64,000 bases of DNA from Candidatus Yanofskybacteria bacterium (GCA_016185525.1 JACPNK010000006.1:115440-179439); one strand, 5' to 3'; numbered from the stretch's first letter, positions 18,694 through 28,101 are shown. Notes: generated by a model not told the origin, from the sequence alone. Numbers and translations are program-made.

Positions 18694-19425
18694 ATGAATA
18701 AGGATTATTATACAATTTTAGGGATTTCATCCGGAGCCAGTCAGGAAGAAGTTCAGCGGGCTTACGAAAATATTGTTTACGACCCAAGCATGAATCATTC
18801 CAGAGAAACGATGATTGAGATTGAGGAAGCATATGCTGTTTTGTCTGAACCGGAGCTTCGTTTGCAATATGACCAGATTTATAAAATTCAGCCCAATTTG
18901 CTTAGAAATTTTGACGGTCTGGATGTTTCAAGGGCGAGCCAAAAATTTACAATGCCTCAACCGGATAAGATGCACAAGAATTTTGTCGGGTCAGACTTGA
19001 ACGGCTTGGAGGAGTCTTTAGCTGAAAATATTTTTGAAACGATACAGAACATTTTTTCTGATGTTGCCAAGTTGTCTGGAGACGGCGGACTAGCCGGATA
19101 TGCGGCAAGCCAAGCCGGAGAAGATATTATGGTTGACTTGCGCTTAAGCCCGAAAGAGGCTCTTGCAGGCGGTTATAAAGCTTTAGAATATAACTGTTAT
19201 ATAGAATGTACCGAGTGTCTTAAGTTTAAGCTGAACAAAGACTTCGAGCTATGCCCAAAGTGTAAAGGTGAAAAAAGGATTAGGGTTTTAAGAAGAGTTG
19301 AGGTCAAAATTCCGTCTAAAGTTAAAACCGGCACCTTGCTGAAAATAAAAGAAGAAGGGAGCTGCGGCCGGTCCGGTCTTTTACGCGGTGATTTGCTGGT
19401 CAAAGTGTTAGTTTCTAAGAAATGA
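18694..19425 (+). CDS. DnaJ-like protein with degenerate J-domain (no HPD) and CxxC zinc finger
   Basis: N-terminal DYYTILGIS...AY J-domain helices but YDPSMN in place of HPD; C-terminal CYIECTEC...CPKC. Confidence 0.6.
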   Translation: MNKDYYTILGISSGASQEEVQRAYENIVYDPSMNHSRETMIEIEEAYAVLSEPELRLQYDQIYKIQPNLLRNFDGLDVSRASQKFTMPQPDKMHKNFVGSDLNGLEESLAENIFETIQNIFSDVAKLSGDGGLAGYAASQAGEDIMVDLRLSPKEALAGGYKALEYNCYIECTECLKFKLNKDFELCPKCKGEKRIRVLRRVEVKIPSKVKTGTLLKIKEEGSCGRSGLLRGDLLVKVLVSKK

Positions 19426-19997
19426 ACAACTTTTTTACAAAGGTTCTTTTGGGATTGAATGATTTTTCCAAAAATTTGATGGGCGGTTTTAGTTTGGAAA
19501 AGTTTAATATGGATGTTCTGGTTGCTTTATTTTTATTGGTGGTAATTTTTCTTGTTGCCTTCAGTCTGGGGAAAACTAAAATTCTACTGGCCATAGTCAG
19601 CACTTACATTGCTTTATTTTTGCTGGCTATCTTTCCGTTTGTTTTTCAGATTGAAAAATTTTTTGGCGATTGGTTCGGCTTGTCGGCTGTTTTTTGGACG
19701 CGCCTGTCCGTCTTTGTTTTGTTTTTCGCTGTTTCACTGGCGATTTTAAACAAGTCCATTTTAAAACCAAGGATGTCAATGCAGGAATCTTCGCCGTTTT
19801 CCATTTTGTTTTTAAGCATTCTTGAGTCAGGCTTTTTGGTCAGCGCACTCATGGCATTCTCGGATTCTGCCAGCCAATCCAAACTCGGCCTTTCACCTTG
19901 GCTTCTGGCTTACTTCGGCACCCCGACTTCCCAATTTATCTGGGCGGTTTTGCCGTTGCTGGCGTTGGTATTTTTGAGAAGAAAGAAGGCGGTGTAA
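19422..19997 (+). CDS. membrane protein (hypothetical)
   Basis: 191 aa with 5 TM helices. Confidence 0.5.
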   Translation: MNNFFTKVLLGLNDFSKNLMGGFSLEKFNMDVLVALFLLVVIFLVAFSLGKTKILLAIVSTYIALFLLAIFPFVFQIEKFFGDWFGLSAVFWTRLSVFVLFFAVSLAILNKSILKPRMSMQESSPFSILFLSILESGFLVSALMAFSDSASQSKLGLSPWLLAYFGTPTSQFIWAVLPLLALVFLRRKKAV

Positions 19998-19998
19998 A

Positions 19999-20580
19999 AT
20001 GAACAAAAAAGTTTACATAATTCATGGGTGGGATGGCAGCCCGAAAGAGCCGATGTTGCAATGGCTCAAGGTTTCGCTGGAAGAAAAAGGCTACGAAGTT
20101 TTTGTTCCGGAAATGCCGGAGCCGGCAGTACCTAAAATTGAAAGTTGGGTCGGTAAGTTAAAAGATGTTGTGATACCTGAAAAGGAAACTATTTTTATCG
20201 GCCACAGTATCGGTTGTCAGGCTGTTTTGCGCTATTTGGAAATGTTGAACGAAAATATAAAAATTGCTGGCTTAGTCTTGATTGCTCCTTGGATGGAACT
20301 GGACAGGCAGACGCTAGAAGAAGAGGGGCAAGAAGTGGTAGAGGTGGCTAAACCGTGGATGGAAACTCCTATTGATTTTCAAAAAGTAAAAGCTCGTGTT
20401 GGAAAGGTTGTGGCAATTTTTTCTGACAATGACCCGTTTGTGCCTCTTAGCCAAAAAGACTTATTTGAAAAAGAGCTTGGCGCGGAAATTATAATTGAAA
20501 ACGACAAAGGACACTTTACGGTAAGCGACGGTGTTGACAACCTGCCATCCGCCTTGAAAGCGGTGACTGAATTGTATTAG
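19999..20580 (+). CDS. serine hydrolase, RBBP9/YdeN family alpha/beta hydrolase
   Basis: VYIIHGW, GHSIG nucleophile elbow and ~190-aa length are typical of PF06821. Confidence 0.7.
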   Translation: MNKKVYIIHGWDGSPKEPMLQWLKVSLEEKGYEVFVPEMPEPAVPKIESWVGKLKDVVIPEKETIFIGHSIGCQAVLRYLEMLNENIKIAGLVLIAPWMELDRQTLEEEGQEVVEVAKPWMETPIDFQKVKARVGKVVAIFSDNDPFVPLSQKDLFEKELGAEIIIENDKGHFTVSDGVDNLPSALKAVTELY

Positions 20581-20587
20581 TCCTACC

Positions 20588-20626
20588 ATCAAGGTTGAAC
20601 CTTGATTTATAAGGCGTCGCCTTGAT
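20588..20626. repeat. two adjacent palindromes of the caagg-N-ccttg family
   Basis: atcaaggttgaaccttgat then aaggcgtcgcctt; further copies at 314..332 and 21165..21182. Confidence 0.8.
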
Positions 20627-20801
20627 ATTTCAATTTGTCGATCCTTATTCACCTTGGCAAAGAGGTACTAACGAAAATACCAACAGGCTTATCCGAATTT
20701 GAAATTAAAAAAGCCGAGATTAGACTTAATTCTCGGCTCAGATAGAGGTTAAACCTCTATCATAAAAGGGGTGGAGTTCTAAAGAAATTTCACAATCTTA
20801 G

Positions 20802-21080
20802 TTAGTCGTACGAGCCGTCATGGAAAGAGTAACCACAACAGAGGCAAAGCGCTATAAAAGCAATTACAGCCTCAGTCTTTTTTCTTCCACACTTCACACA
20901 CTGCCACGCCTGTACTTCTTTATACCGTGCCATCGGACTTCCACAATGATAACTTGTCCAATAATTTTTCTGGCCGAATACTCCCGGATTAGGTTTAAGT
21001 TGTTTCTCACCGATAATCTTCCACTCTGGTTCGTGGTTACGACATTGACCATGTAAACACTCAGAATTGTATTGGTTCAT
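20802..21080 (-). CDS. small cysteine-rich protein with C-terminal TM helix (hypothetical)
   Basis: 92-aa ORF in a ~1-kb mostly non-coding island, flanked by caaggcgtcgccttg palindromes. Confidence 0.45.
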   Translation of the reverse strand: MNQYNSECLHGQCRNHEPEWKIIGEKQLKPNPGVFGQKNYWTSYHCGSPMARYKEVQAWQCVKCGRKKTEAVIAFIALCLCCGYSFHDGSYD

Positions 21081-21515
21081 AGCAATCTCCTTTTTCGGGT
21101 GCTAATTTATATAGTACACAAAAATCAAAATAAAGTCAATCAAACTGCAATGGCTTAAGGTATGTCAAGGCGTCGCCTTGATATTTCAGCTTTTTCCGGT
21201 GTGGGGCTTTTTTATTGCAAAATTATGTCTTGGTGCCGAGCTTGGTTGAGGTTTGGTCACTTTCCGTCGAATATGGCTGAGCAAAGACAAATAAACGAAA
21301 ACTTTAGAAATCAAGGCCGGTAATAAAAAATTGGTGGGATGGTTTCGACCGGTACCAATTTTTTGTCGGCTTGATGATAAAGTTGAGTATTATTTGTTTG
21401 CGAGGTCCATCTCGTAAGGAAAGTGATCAGACCGAAACTTTAAAAATCTACCCTTTATTAACTCTCTCCGCCCCGAACAAATTGCCTTGCAATTTAACGG
21501 GGTAAATATACTCTC

Positions 21516-22088
21516 CTATTTTTTCTCTACACGCTCAACGTAGTTTCCGTTTTGTGTGTTTAGTCTGATAATATCGCCTTCGTTGATGAAGAGGGGGACG
21601 TTGATGATGGCGCCGGTTTCTAGTTTAACTTGCTTGACTCCGCCTTGAGCGGTATCGCCACGGATTGCCGGAGGAGCTTCTATAACTTTAAAATCCATTT
21701 TTACGGGCAATTCAATGTTGATTATTTTTTGATTGAACAAGATGGCCTTTGTTACAGTATTGGCTTTGAGAAATTTTACAGCATCACCGATGAGCTCTTG
21801 GCTTAATTGAAATCTTTTGCCCGGATCATTTTCATGGCAAAACCAGTACTCTTCCCGGTGGTTGTATAGAAATTTTACATTTTGATACTCAATATCGGCT
21901 TCTTCAAAAACGTCAGATTGCTGGAAATTTCTTTCATAAAGTTTGCCGTTGAGCATGTTTTTCATTTTGGTTTGCATAACCGGTCTTCTTTGCTGCATCT
22001 TAAGATGATGCGTTTCAAGCACCGCATAAGGCTGGCCTTCGTAAATAAAAAAGACTCCGGGTTTTAAGTCATTCATGCCTATTGACAT
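21516..22088 (-). CDS. efp: elongation factor P
   Basis: KPG at the N-terminus and three OB-like domains typical of EF-P. Confidence 0.9.
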   Translation of the reverse strand: MSIGMNDLKPGVFFIYEGQPYAVLETHHLKMQQRRPVMQTKMKNMLNGKLYERNFQQSDVFEEADIEYQNVKFLYNHREEYWFCHENDPGKRFQLSQELIGDAVKFLKANTVTKAILFNQKIINIELPVKMDFKVIEAPPAIRGDTAQGGVKQVKLETGAIINVPLFINEGDIIRLNTQNGNYVERVEKK

Positions 22089-22246
22089 AGAGATATTTTA
22101 ACAATTTAAACCGTCTTTTCAACTTGACAAGTTGCTTTTAATCTACCATTATCTTGATGGCGTTTTGAACTTTTATAACTGAACAGGAGGGTAAAGTTGA
22201 AAAAGAATGAGGCTCTGCTTGTCATAGATGTTGACCGAAAAATAAA

Positions 22247-22272
22247 TTAACCCTACACCATGTGGTGTAGGG
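22247..22272. terminator. rho-independent terminator (mur operon end)
   Basis: aaccctacaccatgtggtgtagggtt 12-bp stem with flanking T/A runs. Confidence 0.65.
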
Positions 22273-22278
22273 TTGTTT

Positions 22279-23628
22279 TTAAACAGTTTCTACTTTTGCT
22301 CCGAGGGCGGAAAGTTTTTCAGGCAGTTTTTGGTAGCCTCTTTCCACAATTTCAAAATTTTGAATTATGCTTTCGCCTTCGGCGCAGAGTCCGGCAAGGA
22401 CAAGGCCGACACCATTGCGCAGGTCGGGACTTAACTGGGTTCTGCCTCTAAGCGGCGTCGGACCTTTTACCAGCAGGCCTCGGTTGCCGAGAATCTTGAT
22501 GTCGGCTCCCATATTGTTTAGGGCATTGGCCAAGTTTATCAAACGGCCGTTATACATGTAGTCAATAAATTCCAACTCTCCCTTGCGTTGCGTGGCAAGC
22601 ACAAGAAACAGAGGCAAGGCGTCGGTCGGCAGTCCATACCACGGCTCGGCTTTTATTTCTTTAAGCGCCGGACTGATAGCCGGAGGAAATTCAAAAACTT
22701 TTTTGCCCCAGATTAGCCAATCGTAGCTGTTTGTGCGTTCGGCAAAGTAACTGAAGACTCCCATTTGGTCCAGGTACTTTTTTATCAGTTCAAGCTCTTT
22801 GGGGTAAATGTTTTTAACAATAACGTTGCTTTTGGCAACAGCCGCGGCTACCGCGAAAGTCAGGGCTTCAATATAGTCCGGCTCAATTTTTGCCGCTAGC
22901 GGCCAAGCGGGGTTTTCTCCAAGTTTGCCGGCGTGGACAGTCAACAAGTTGCTTTCCTGTCCTGAAATTTTTGCCCCCATAAGTTCCAAAAGATAGCACA
23001 AAGTCTGTATATGCGGCTCACAAGCGGCATTTTTGATTATCAGGTGGTTGTTTAAGCTGCCAGCGGCAAAAAGAAGAATATTTTCTGTTGCCGTAACTGA
23101 AGTTTCCTTAAGCCACAATTCTTTCACTTCATCACTTTCCTCAAGCCGGTTTCTTTCCAGACAGGTAAAGCCGTCATCGGTATTTTTGATTTTTATTCCT
23201 AATTCTTTGAAAGCATCAAGGTGCGTGTCAATTGGTCTGGGCCCAATTTTACAGCCTCCGGGTTGGGGCAATAAAACCCTATCATATAATCTCAATAACG
23301 GACCGACCAAAAGTATTGAGGCCCGCAGTTTTCTGGCTTCTTCCATCGGAATCCTGATTTCTTTGTCTCCGGGGCCTCCGAGCCGCGTTGAATCGGCTTT
23401 GATTAGCAGAACGCCCGGTTTAGTCCGGTTTATTTCAAGTCCAAGATTTCTAAGCATTTCAATAAAAACCCGCACATCTCTTATGTCCGGTATGTTTGCC
23501 AGTTCCATTGTCTGATCCGGTTCCAAAAGCAGGCTTGCCGCCAAACAAGGCAAAGCGGAATTTTTGTTTCCGCTTACGGCAATTTCTCCCGACAACTCCG
23601 TTTTTCCTGTGATTTTTAGATTACTCAT
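22279..23628 (-). CDS. murA: UDP-N-acetylglucosamine 1-carboxyvinyltransferase MurA
   Basis: 449 aa with GNKNSALP and MurA/EPSP-synthase fold signatures. Confidence 0.9.
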   Translation of the reverse strand: MSNLKITGKTELSGEIAVSGNKNSALPCLAASLLLEPDQTMELANIPDIRDVRVFIEMLRNLGLEINRTKPGVLLIKADSTRLGGPGDKEIRIPMEEARKLRASILLVGPLLRLYDRVLLPQPGGCKIGPRPIDTHLDAFKELGIKIKNTDDGFTCLERNRLEESDEVKELWLKETSVTATENILLFAAGSLNNHLIIKNAACEPHIQTLCYLLELMGAKISGQESNLLTVHAGKLGENPAWPLAAKIEPDYIEALTFAVAAAVAKSNVIVKNIYPKELELIKKYLDQMGVFSYFAERTNSYDWLIWGKKVFEFPPAISPALKEIKAEPWYGLPTDALPLFLVLATQRKGELEFIDYMYNGRLINLANALNNMGADIKILGNRGLLVKGPTPLRGRTQLSPDLRNGVGLVLAGLCAEGESIIQNFEIVERGYQKLPEKLSALGAKVETV

Positions 23629-24653
23629 TTTAAACTCCTTGTTGTCTCCTGTTCAAAACCCAGAAAGAAAATTTCCGGTTCCAGCAGAATTTCAAAAAGC
23701 TCAAAAACTGTTCCATGGACTTTTGCCATCAACGACAAAACATCTGATGCCGTAGCTTTTTTCTCGGGGTTGATTATAAAGTTGGCATGTTTGGTTGAAA
23801 CTTCCGCTCCGCCTATCCGCAGTCCTTTTAGACCGGCAAGCTCAATGATTTGTCCTGCCAAGGCGCAACCTTCCGGATTTTTGAAAACACAGCCGGAGCT
23901 TGGCAAGTCCAGCGGCTGGGACTCTTTTCTCTGCCTTAAAAGTTCTTCGGCGTATTTTTCAATTTCTTCTTTATTGTCGCGCTTGAGGATAACTTCAACC
24001 AGAAATATAACCTCTTTGTGGGATAAAGTCTGGAAAAGAGAAAGGTCGTATCCGAACTGTAAGTCTTTTTGCTTGTAACAGTTTTCCTTCAGCAAGTTAT
24101 CTAGAGGAAAGGGAATAGTCCAAACTTTGGTGACAAAACTGCCAAAAAGCTGGTCTCTTTTGAAGTGGGCGTTGTTGTAAACCGCTCCACCGACTGTGCC
24201 GGGCAAGCCGAGAAAAGGTTCTAGGCCGGTCAGTCCGAGATTCATAGAAAATTTAACAAGCTTTTGCATCGGACATCCGGCGGCAACTTGGATAGTTACC
24301 GGATCACTGCCATGATAAGGAGTTGAGGATAGAATACTGTTAGTATCCAAGCGCAAAACCAGACCCGGCAAACCTTTATCCGAAACAAGCACATTTGACC
24401 CGCCGCCTAATACGGTAAACAGTATTTTTTCGTCGGTGCAGAACTTCAAGACATTTTTCAAAGGCTGTGTGTTTCGGCTGTCCGTGTAGGTCAGAAAAGA
24501 TTCTGCCGGTCCGCCAATTTTGAAATAGGTGTGCTGACTTAATGGTTCATCAAACTTGATATTCGGCGCCAGTTTTAAAAGTTCTTTTTTCTGTTCTTCG
24601 GTAAGCAATTTAAACCTCTTTTTTCCGTTCCGTATTGCGCTTAAAAGTAACAC
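23625..24653 (-). CDS. murB: UDP-N-acetylenolpyruvoylglucosamine reductase MurB
   Basis: FAD-binding domain (YFKIGGPAE) and MurB C-terminal domain; stop/start overlap with murA. Confidence 0.85.
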   Translation of the reverse strand: MLLLSAIRNGKKRFKLLTEEQKKELLKLAPNIKFDEPLSQHTYFKIGGPAESFLTYTDSRNTQPLKNVLKFCTDEKILFTVLGGGSNVLVSDKGLPGLVLRLDTNSILSSTPYHGSDPVTIQVAAGCPMQKLVKFSMNLGLTGLEPFLGLPGTVGGAVYNNAHFKRDQLFGSFVTKVWTIPFPLDNLLKENCYKQKDLQFGYDLSLFQTLSHKEVIFLVEVILKRDNKEEIEKYAEELLRQRKESQPLDLPSSGCVFKNPEGCALAGQIIELAGLKGLRIGGAEVSTKHANFIINPEKKATASDVLSLMAKVHGTVFELFEILLEPEIFFLGFEQETTRSLK

Positions 24654-24710
24654 TAATTAACCGGGTTATCAACCCCGATTAATTATAGATTATGCATTGT
24701 ATAATTTATG

Positions 24711-25469
24711 CTAATCTTTTTTAAAAATCAAAGAGATAAAGAATATAGAGGCACTGACTAGAACTACTAGCGGGCCGGGCGAAAACTTGATGATTGAGGC
24801 GAAGTATATTCCAACAACAGAACTGACTAAACCTATAAAAGCGCTGAAACCGGCATAGTTTGATAAGTTATGACTCAAATTTTTAGAAGCGGCGGCCGGT
24901 ATAATTACAAGAGCGCCCATAAGCAGAGTGCCGACAACTTTAATGCCTAAAGCTACGATCAGAGCGACAATTAACAGAAATATAAAATCTATTCTTTTTG
25001 TTTTAACACCGACTGACTTTGCCAAGTCGTCCGATATGGTGCCAAGCACCAGTTTGTTATAAATCCGGTGAACAACAATAATAGCTGTTAAAGAAAGGGT
25101 GATAGCTGTAAATACATCTAAAGCAGAAGTTTTGGAAATATCTCCGAATAAGGCTTCAAGAAGTTCCGGTTCGGGGGTGATAATCAATCCAATGGCTAAG
25201 CTTAAGGTAAAGAAAATACCGACAAGGGTTTCTGTTGAGAGTTTGGTTTTGTTTTCTATCAGCCAGATGAAAACGATACTGGTAAACAAAGCGGCAAAGG
25301 CGCCCAAGAACGGGTTGAAATGAAAGAGCAGTCCCAAAGCCAAACCGGGCAGGGCAACGTGTGATAAAGCGTCGCCGACCAGGGACATCTTTCTTAGCAC
25401 CATCAGGGAACCTAAATATCCGGAGGCCAGTCCGACAAAAGCGCCGACAATGAGAGAAAAGATAGGCAT
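24711..25469 (-). CDS. znuB: ABC-3 family metal (Zn/Mn) transporter permease
   Basis: 252 aa with 7-8 TM helices and ABC-3 signature; adjacent to the ATPase. Confidence 0.75.
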   Translation of the reverse strand: MPIFSLIVGAFVGLASGYLGSLMVLRKMSLVGDALSHVALPGLALGLLFHFNPFLGAFAALFTSIVFIWLIENKTKLSTETLVGIFFTLSLAIGLIITPEPELLEALFGDISKTSALDVFTAITLSLTAIIVVHRIYNKLVLGTISDDLAKSVGVKTKRIDFIFLLIVALIVALGIKVVGTLLMGALVIIPAAASKNLSHNLSNYAGFSAFIGLVSSVVGIYFASIIKFSPGPLVVLVSASIFFISLIFKKD

Positions 25470-25610
25470 AAAAATTAATCTAATTTCTAATTAACCTAAT
25501 TGACCTAAACAATACCCAACTGCCAAGTTCCAAAAAGGTTTTAGTTGTTGGTCATTGTGGATTTGGGATTTATTTAGAATAATTAGAGCAATTAGAAATT
25601 AGAAATTTCT
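25470..25610. repeat. AT-rich repeated intergenic element (copy 1) with aattaga/ctaatt motifs
   Basis: Shares a 14-nt identical block (aattaacctaatt) and caattagaa motifs with 27270..27402. Confidence 0.7.
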
Positions 25611-26321
25611 TTAATGTTCATGACTATAAAACTTGGCTTCTCCACCGTATAATTTACTTAAACTTGCCGGGTCTAAAACCGTATGCGGTTCGCCGAAGCA
25701 AATCATTTCTTTGTTCAGGCACATTACCTTGTCGGCGTAGTGGTAAACAATATTGAGGTCGTGCGATATTAGGACAAGAGCAAGCTTGTTTTGTGTTTGC
25801 AGTTTGTGCAGGAGATTATAGATTGTTTCCTCGCCTCCGACGTCAATTCCGGAAGTGGGCTCGTCAAAAAGCAAGATGTCCGGCTTATTGATGATTGCCC
25901 AGGCTATCATAACTCTCTGGAACTGACCACCTGACAAAGCGCCCAGTTTTTTACTTAAAACGTGGCGATGCAGATGTTCTTCGTCGCCGGTAATGCCTAC
26001 CGAGTTAAGCGCCTCATTTATCGTTTGCTTTGATTTGGTTTTAAAGCCGAAAAAGTCACCTACGCTTATAGGAAAATGGGCATCAACAAAAAGTTTTTGA
26101 GGCACGTAACCGATTTTTATATTTTTTGCCCACTTAACGTTACCGGAGTAGGGAATAAAGTCCAAAATAGCTCTAAATAAGACCGACTTACCAGAACCAT
26201 TTGGGCCGACAATTGCCACGGCTTCTCCTTTTTTAACTTCAAAACTGATGTCGTGGAAGACATTAAAATCACCAAACGAAACGGAAAGGTTCCCAACTTC
26301 AAGTATTTTATCACTATCCAT
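25611..26321 (-). CDS. znuC: ABC transporter ATP-binding protein (ZnuC-like)
   Basis: Walker A GPNGSGKS, signature LSGGQ, Walker B LLFDEP. Confidence 0.85.
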   Translation of the reverse strand: MDSDKILEVGNLSVSFGDFNVFHDISFEVKKGEAVAIVGPNGSGKSVLFRAILDFIPYSGNVKWAKNIKIGYVPQKLFVDAHFPISVGDFFGFKTKSKQTINEALNSVGITGDEEHLHRHVLSKKLGALSGGQFQRVMIAWAIINKPDILLFDEPTSGIDVGGEETIYNLLHKLQTQNKLALVLISHDLNIVYHYADKVMCLNKEMICFGEPHTVLDPASLSKLYGGEAKFYSHEH

Positions 26322-26339
26322 GTTTATAGTTTATCAAAA

Positions 26340-27269
26340 TTAGACTTTTTCCAAAAGTCTACCGTAACCGTTTATAAACTCTTTGGTGTTTAGCACTTTT
26401 CCTCCTTCAAGCTGGAGTTTTAACAGCTCTAAATAATCCTTAGCGCAAGGCATAATCAAAAGACCGTTTTTTTGATAAATTTTTCCACTTAGAAGTTCTC
26501 CACTTAGAAGTTCAACTTCTAAGTGACTTTTATGAATTTTGCAGTCAATAATTTTTAATATTTTATTTTGCCACTTAAACCATATTCCCGGCCATTTGTG
26601 AAAGGCGCGAAATTGGTTGTAAATTTCTTCGGCTGTTTTGTGCCAGTTTATTTTGCCGTCTTCTTTGGTAATAATTTTAGTGAAGGTGGCTTGCGACTCG
26701 TCTTGCGGTTGAGGTGTGGTTTTTCCACTAAGATATTTCGGTAATAACTTAAGTAATAAGCCAGCACCCTTTTTCACCAGACGCATTTTTAGGTCATAGT
26801 ATTTGTCATCCGGCGCGATTGGTTCTTGTTCCATTCCTAAGACGGGTCCGTGGTCAACTTTTTCGTCCAGCACAAAGACCGTTACGCCGGTCTCTTTTTC
26901 GCCGTTAAGCAGGGCGTACTGGATGGGGGACGGGCCGCGGTATTTCGGTAACAGCGAACCGTGGATATTGAGTAAACCATGTTTCGGTAGGTGCAAAAAC
27001 CGTTCAGGAATAATTTTTCCGTAATCTACAACAATTCCGACTGTGGATTGTTTGGCAATTTCTTCAATGCGAGCCAAAGACGGGTCATCTTTTTTAAAAT
27101 TTTCCGGCTGAAGCACTTCAATATTGTGAGATAGGGCTAACTGCTCGGCGGGTGTTGCCGTTTGGCTGTCCGGCGCGGTTACCACAGCCACAACAGTATA
27201 GTCAGCTTGAATCAGCGCTTCCAATACGGGCGTGGCAAAATCCGAAGTGCCAAAGAAAATAGTTTTCAT
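26340..27269 (-). CDS. fmt: methionyl-tRNA formyltransferase
   Basis: N-terminal formyltransferase domain (IFFGTSDFA, HGSLLPKYRG) and C-terminal domain; downstream of def. Confidence 0.9.
   Translation of the reverse strand: MKTIFFGTSDFATPVLEALIQADYTVVAVVTAPDSQTATPAEQLALSHNIEVLQPENFKKDDPSLARIEEIAKQSTVGIVVDYGKIIPERFLHLPKHGLLNIHGSLLPKYRGPSPIQYALLNGEKETGVTVFVLDEKVDHGPVLGMEQEPIAPDDKYYDLKMRLVKKGAGLLLKLLPKYLSGKTTPQPQDESQATFTKIITKEDGKINWHKTAEEIYNQFRAFHKWPGIWFKWQNKILKIIDCKIHKSHLEVELLSGELLSGKIYQKNGLLIMPCAKDYLELLKLQLEGGKVLNTKEFINGYGRLLEKV
26486..26525. repeat. REP-like palindrome (RAYT-associated family) in-frame inside fmt
   Basis: 25-bp perfect palindrome cacttagaagttcaacttctaagtg plus adjacent half-site direct repeat ccacttagaagtt; encodes LEVELLSGELLSGK. 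Confidence 0.85.
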
Positions 27270-27402
27270 AAATTAACCTAATTATTCTAATTTTTAATTT
27301 TTCTAATCAATTTCTAATATTTAATACTCTCAATTCCCAAAAAATTCTAGAAATTAGATTTTGGTTTGTTGTGGTTTGATTAGGTTAATTAGTGTAATTA
27401 GA
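27270..27402. repeat. AT-rich repeated intergenic element (copy 2)
   Basis: Homologous to 25470..25610, same orientation, between def and fmt. Confidence 0.7.
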
Positions 27403-27864
27403 TCAATTAGAATAATTTTTACTGACTTTTTCTTTTATCAAGACTCCGTTTAAGTGGTCAGTTTCGTGCTGAAGCACTCTTGCCAGGAAACCCCTGGCTT
27501 TTATTTTTATTTTGTTGCCGTTTTCGTCCAGTGCTTTTATTTTTATTTTTTTAGCTCTTGCAACAGATGCAAAATATTCCGGCAGAGAGAGACATCCTTC
27601 TTCCATTTCGGTTTTATCTTTTGAGTATTCGGTAATTTCCGGATTGATGTAAGCATCTGGCACTTTATTTTCTTCCGCCAGTTTTTTATCAATAACAAAA
27701 ATTGCCAAGTTTTGGCCGACTTGATTTGCCGCCAAGCCGACGCCAAGCGACTCAACCATCTGCTTTTTCATATTCGAAATCAACCCTCGTATTTCCGGAG
27801 TTATCTCCTTGACTTCTTTTAGTTTTTGTGATAGTATTTTACTTGGATGTTTTACAATTTGCAT
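27403..27864 (-). CDS. def: peptide deformylase
   Basis: GVGLAANQ, EGCLS and HETDH motifs. Confidence 0.9.
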   Translation of the reverse strand: MQIVKHPSKILSQKLKEVKEITPEIRGLISNMKKQMVESLGVGLAANQVGQNLAIFVIDKKLAEENKVPDAYINPEITEYSKDKTEMEEGCLSLPEYFASVARAKKIKIKALDENGNKIKIKARGFLARVLQHETDHLNGVLIKEKVSKNYSN

Positions 27865-27888
27865 ATCGCATTAGGATGGGAGGTATTT

Positions 27889-28083
27889 ATGGGTTTTTTT
27901 ACTTTATTCCTTTATATTTTGGGCATTGCTTTTATTTTTGGTGTGGGGGGCTTTATTTTTGAAAAAAATCAAGGTTTTACAAATAGAGAGGCAATACAAA
28001 CCTTCTCTGGTGTATTTTGGGCTGCCTTATTTTTGCTTTGTTTTGTGCTACTTGTGTCCTTTCTGTGTTCTTATTTTATTTGA
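27889..28083 (+). CDS. small two-TM membrane protein (hypothetical)
   Basis: GGGAGG RBS 6 nt upstream of the ATG at 27889; the track ORF starts earlier at 27847 and overlaps the def start. Confidence 0.35.
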   Translation: MGFFTLFLYILGIAFIFGVGGFIFEKNQGFTNREAIQTFSGVFWAALFLLCFVLLVSFLCSYFI

Positions 28084-28101
28084 TTTTCCGTTCCTAATTC
28101 A

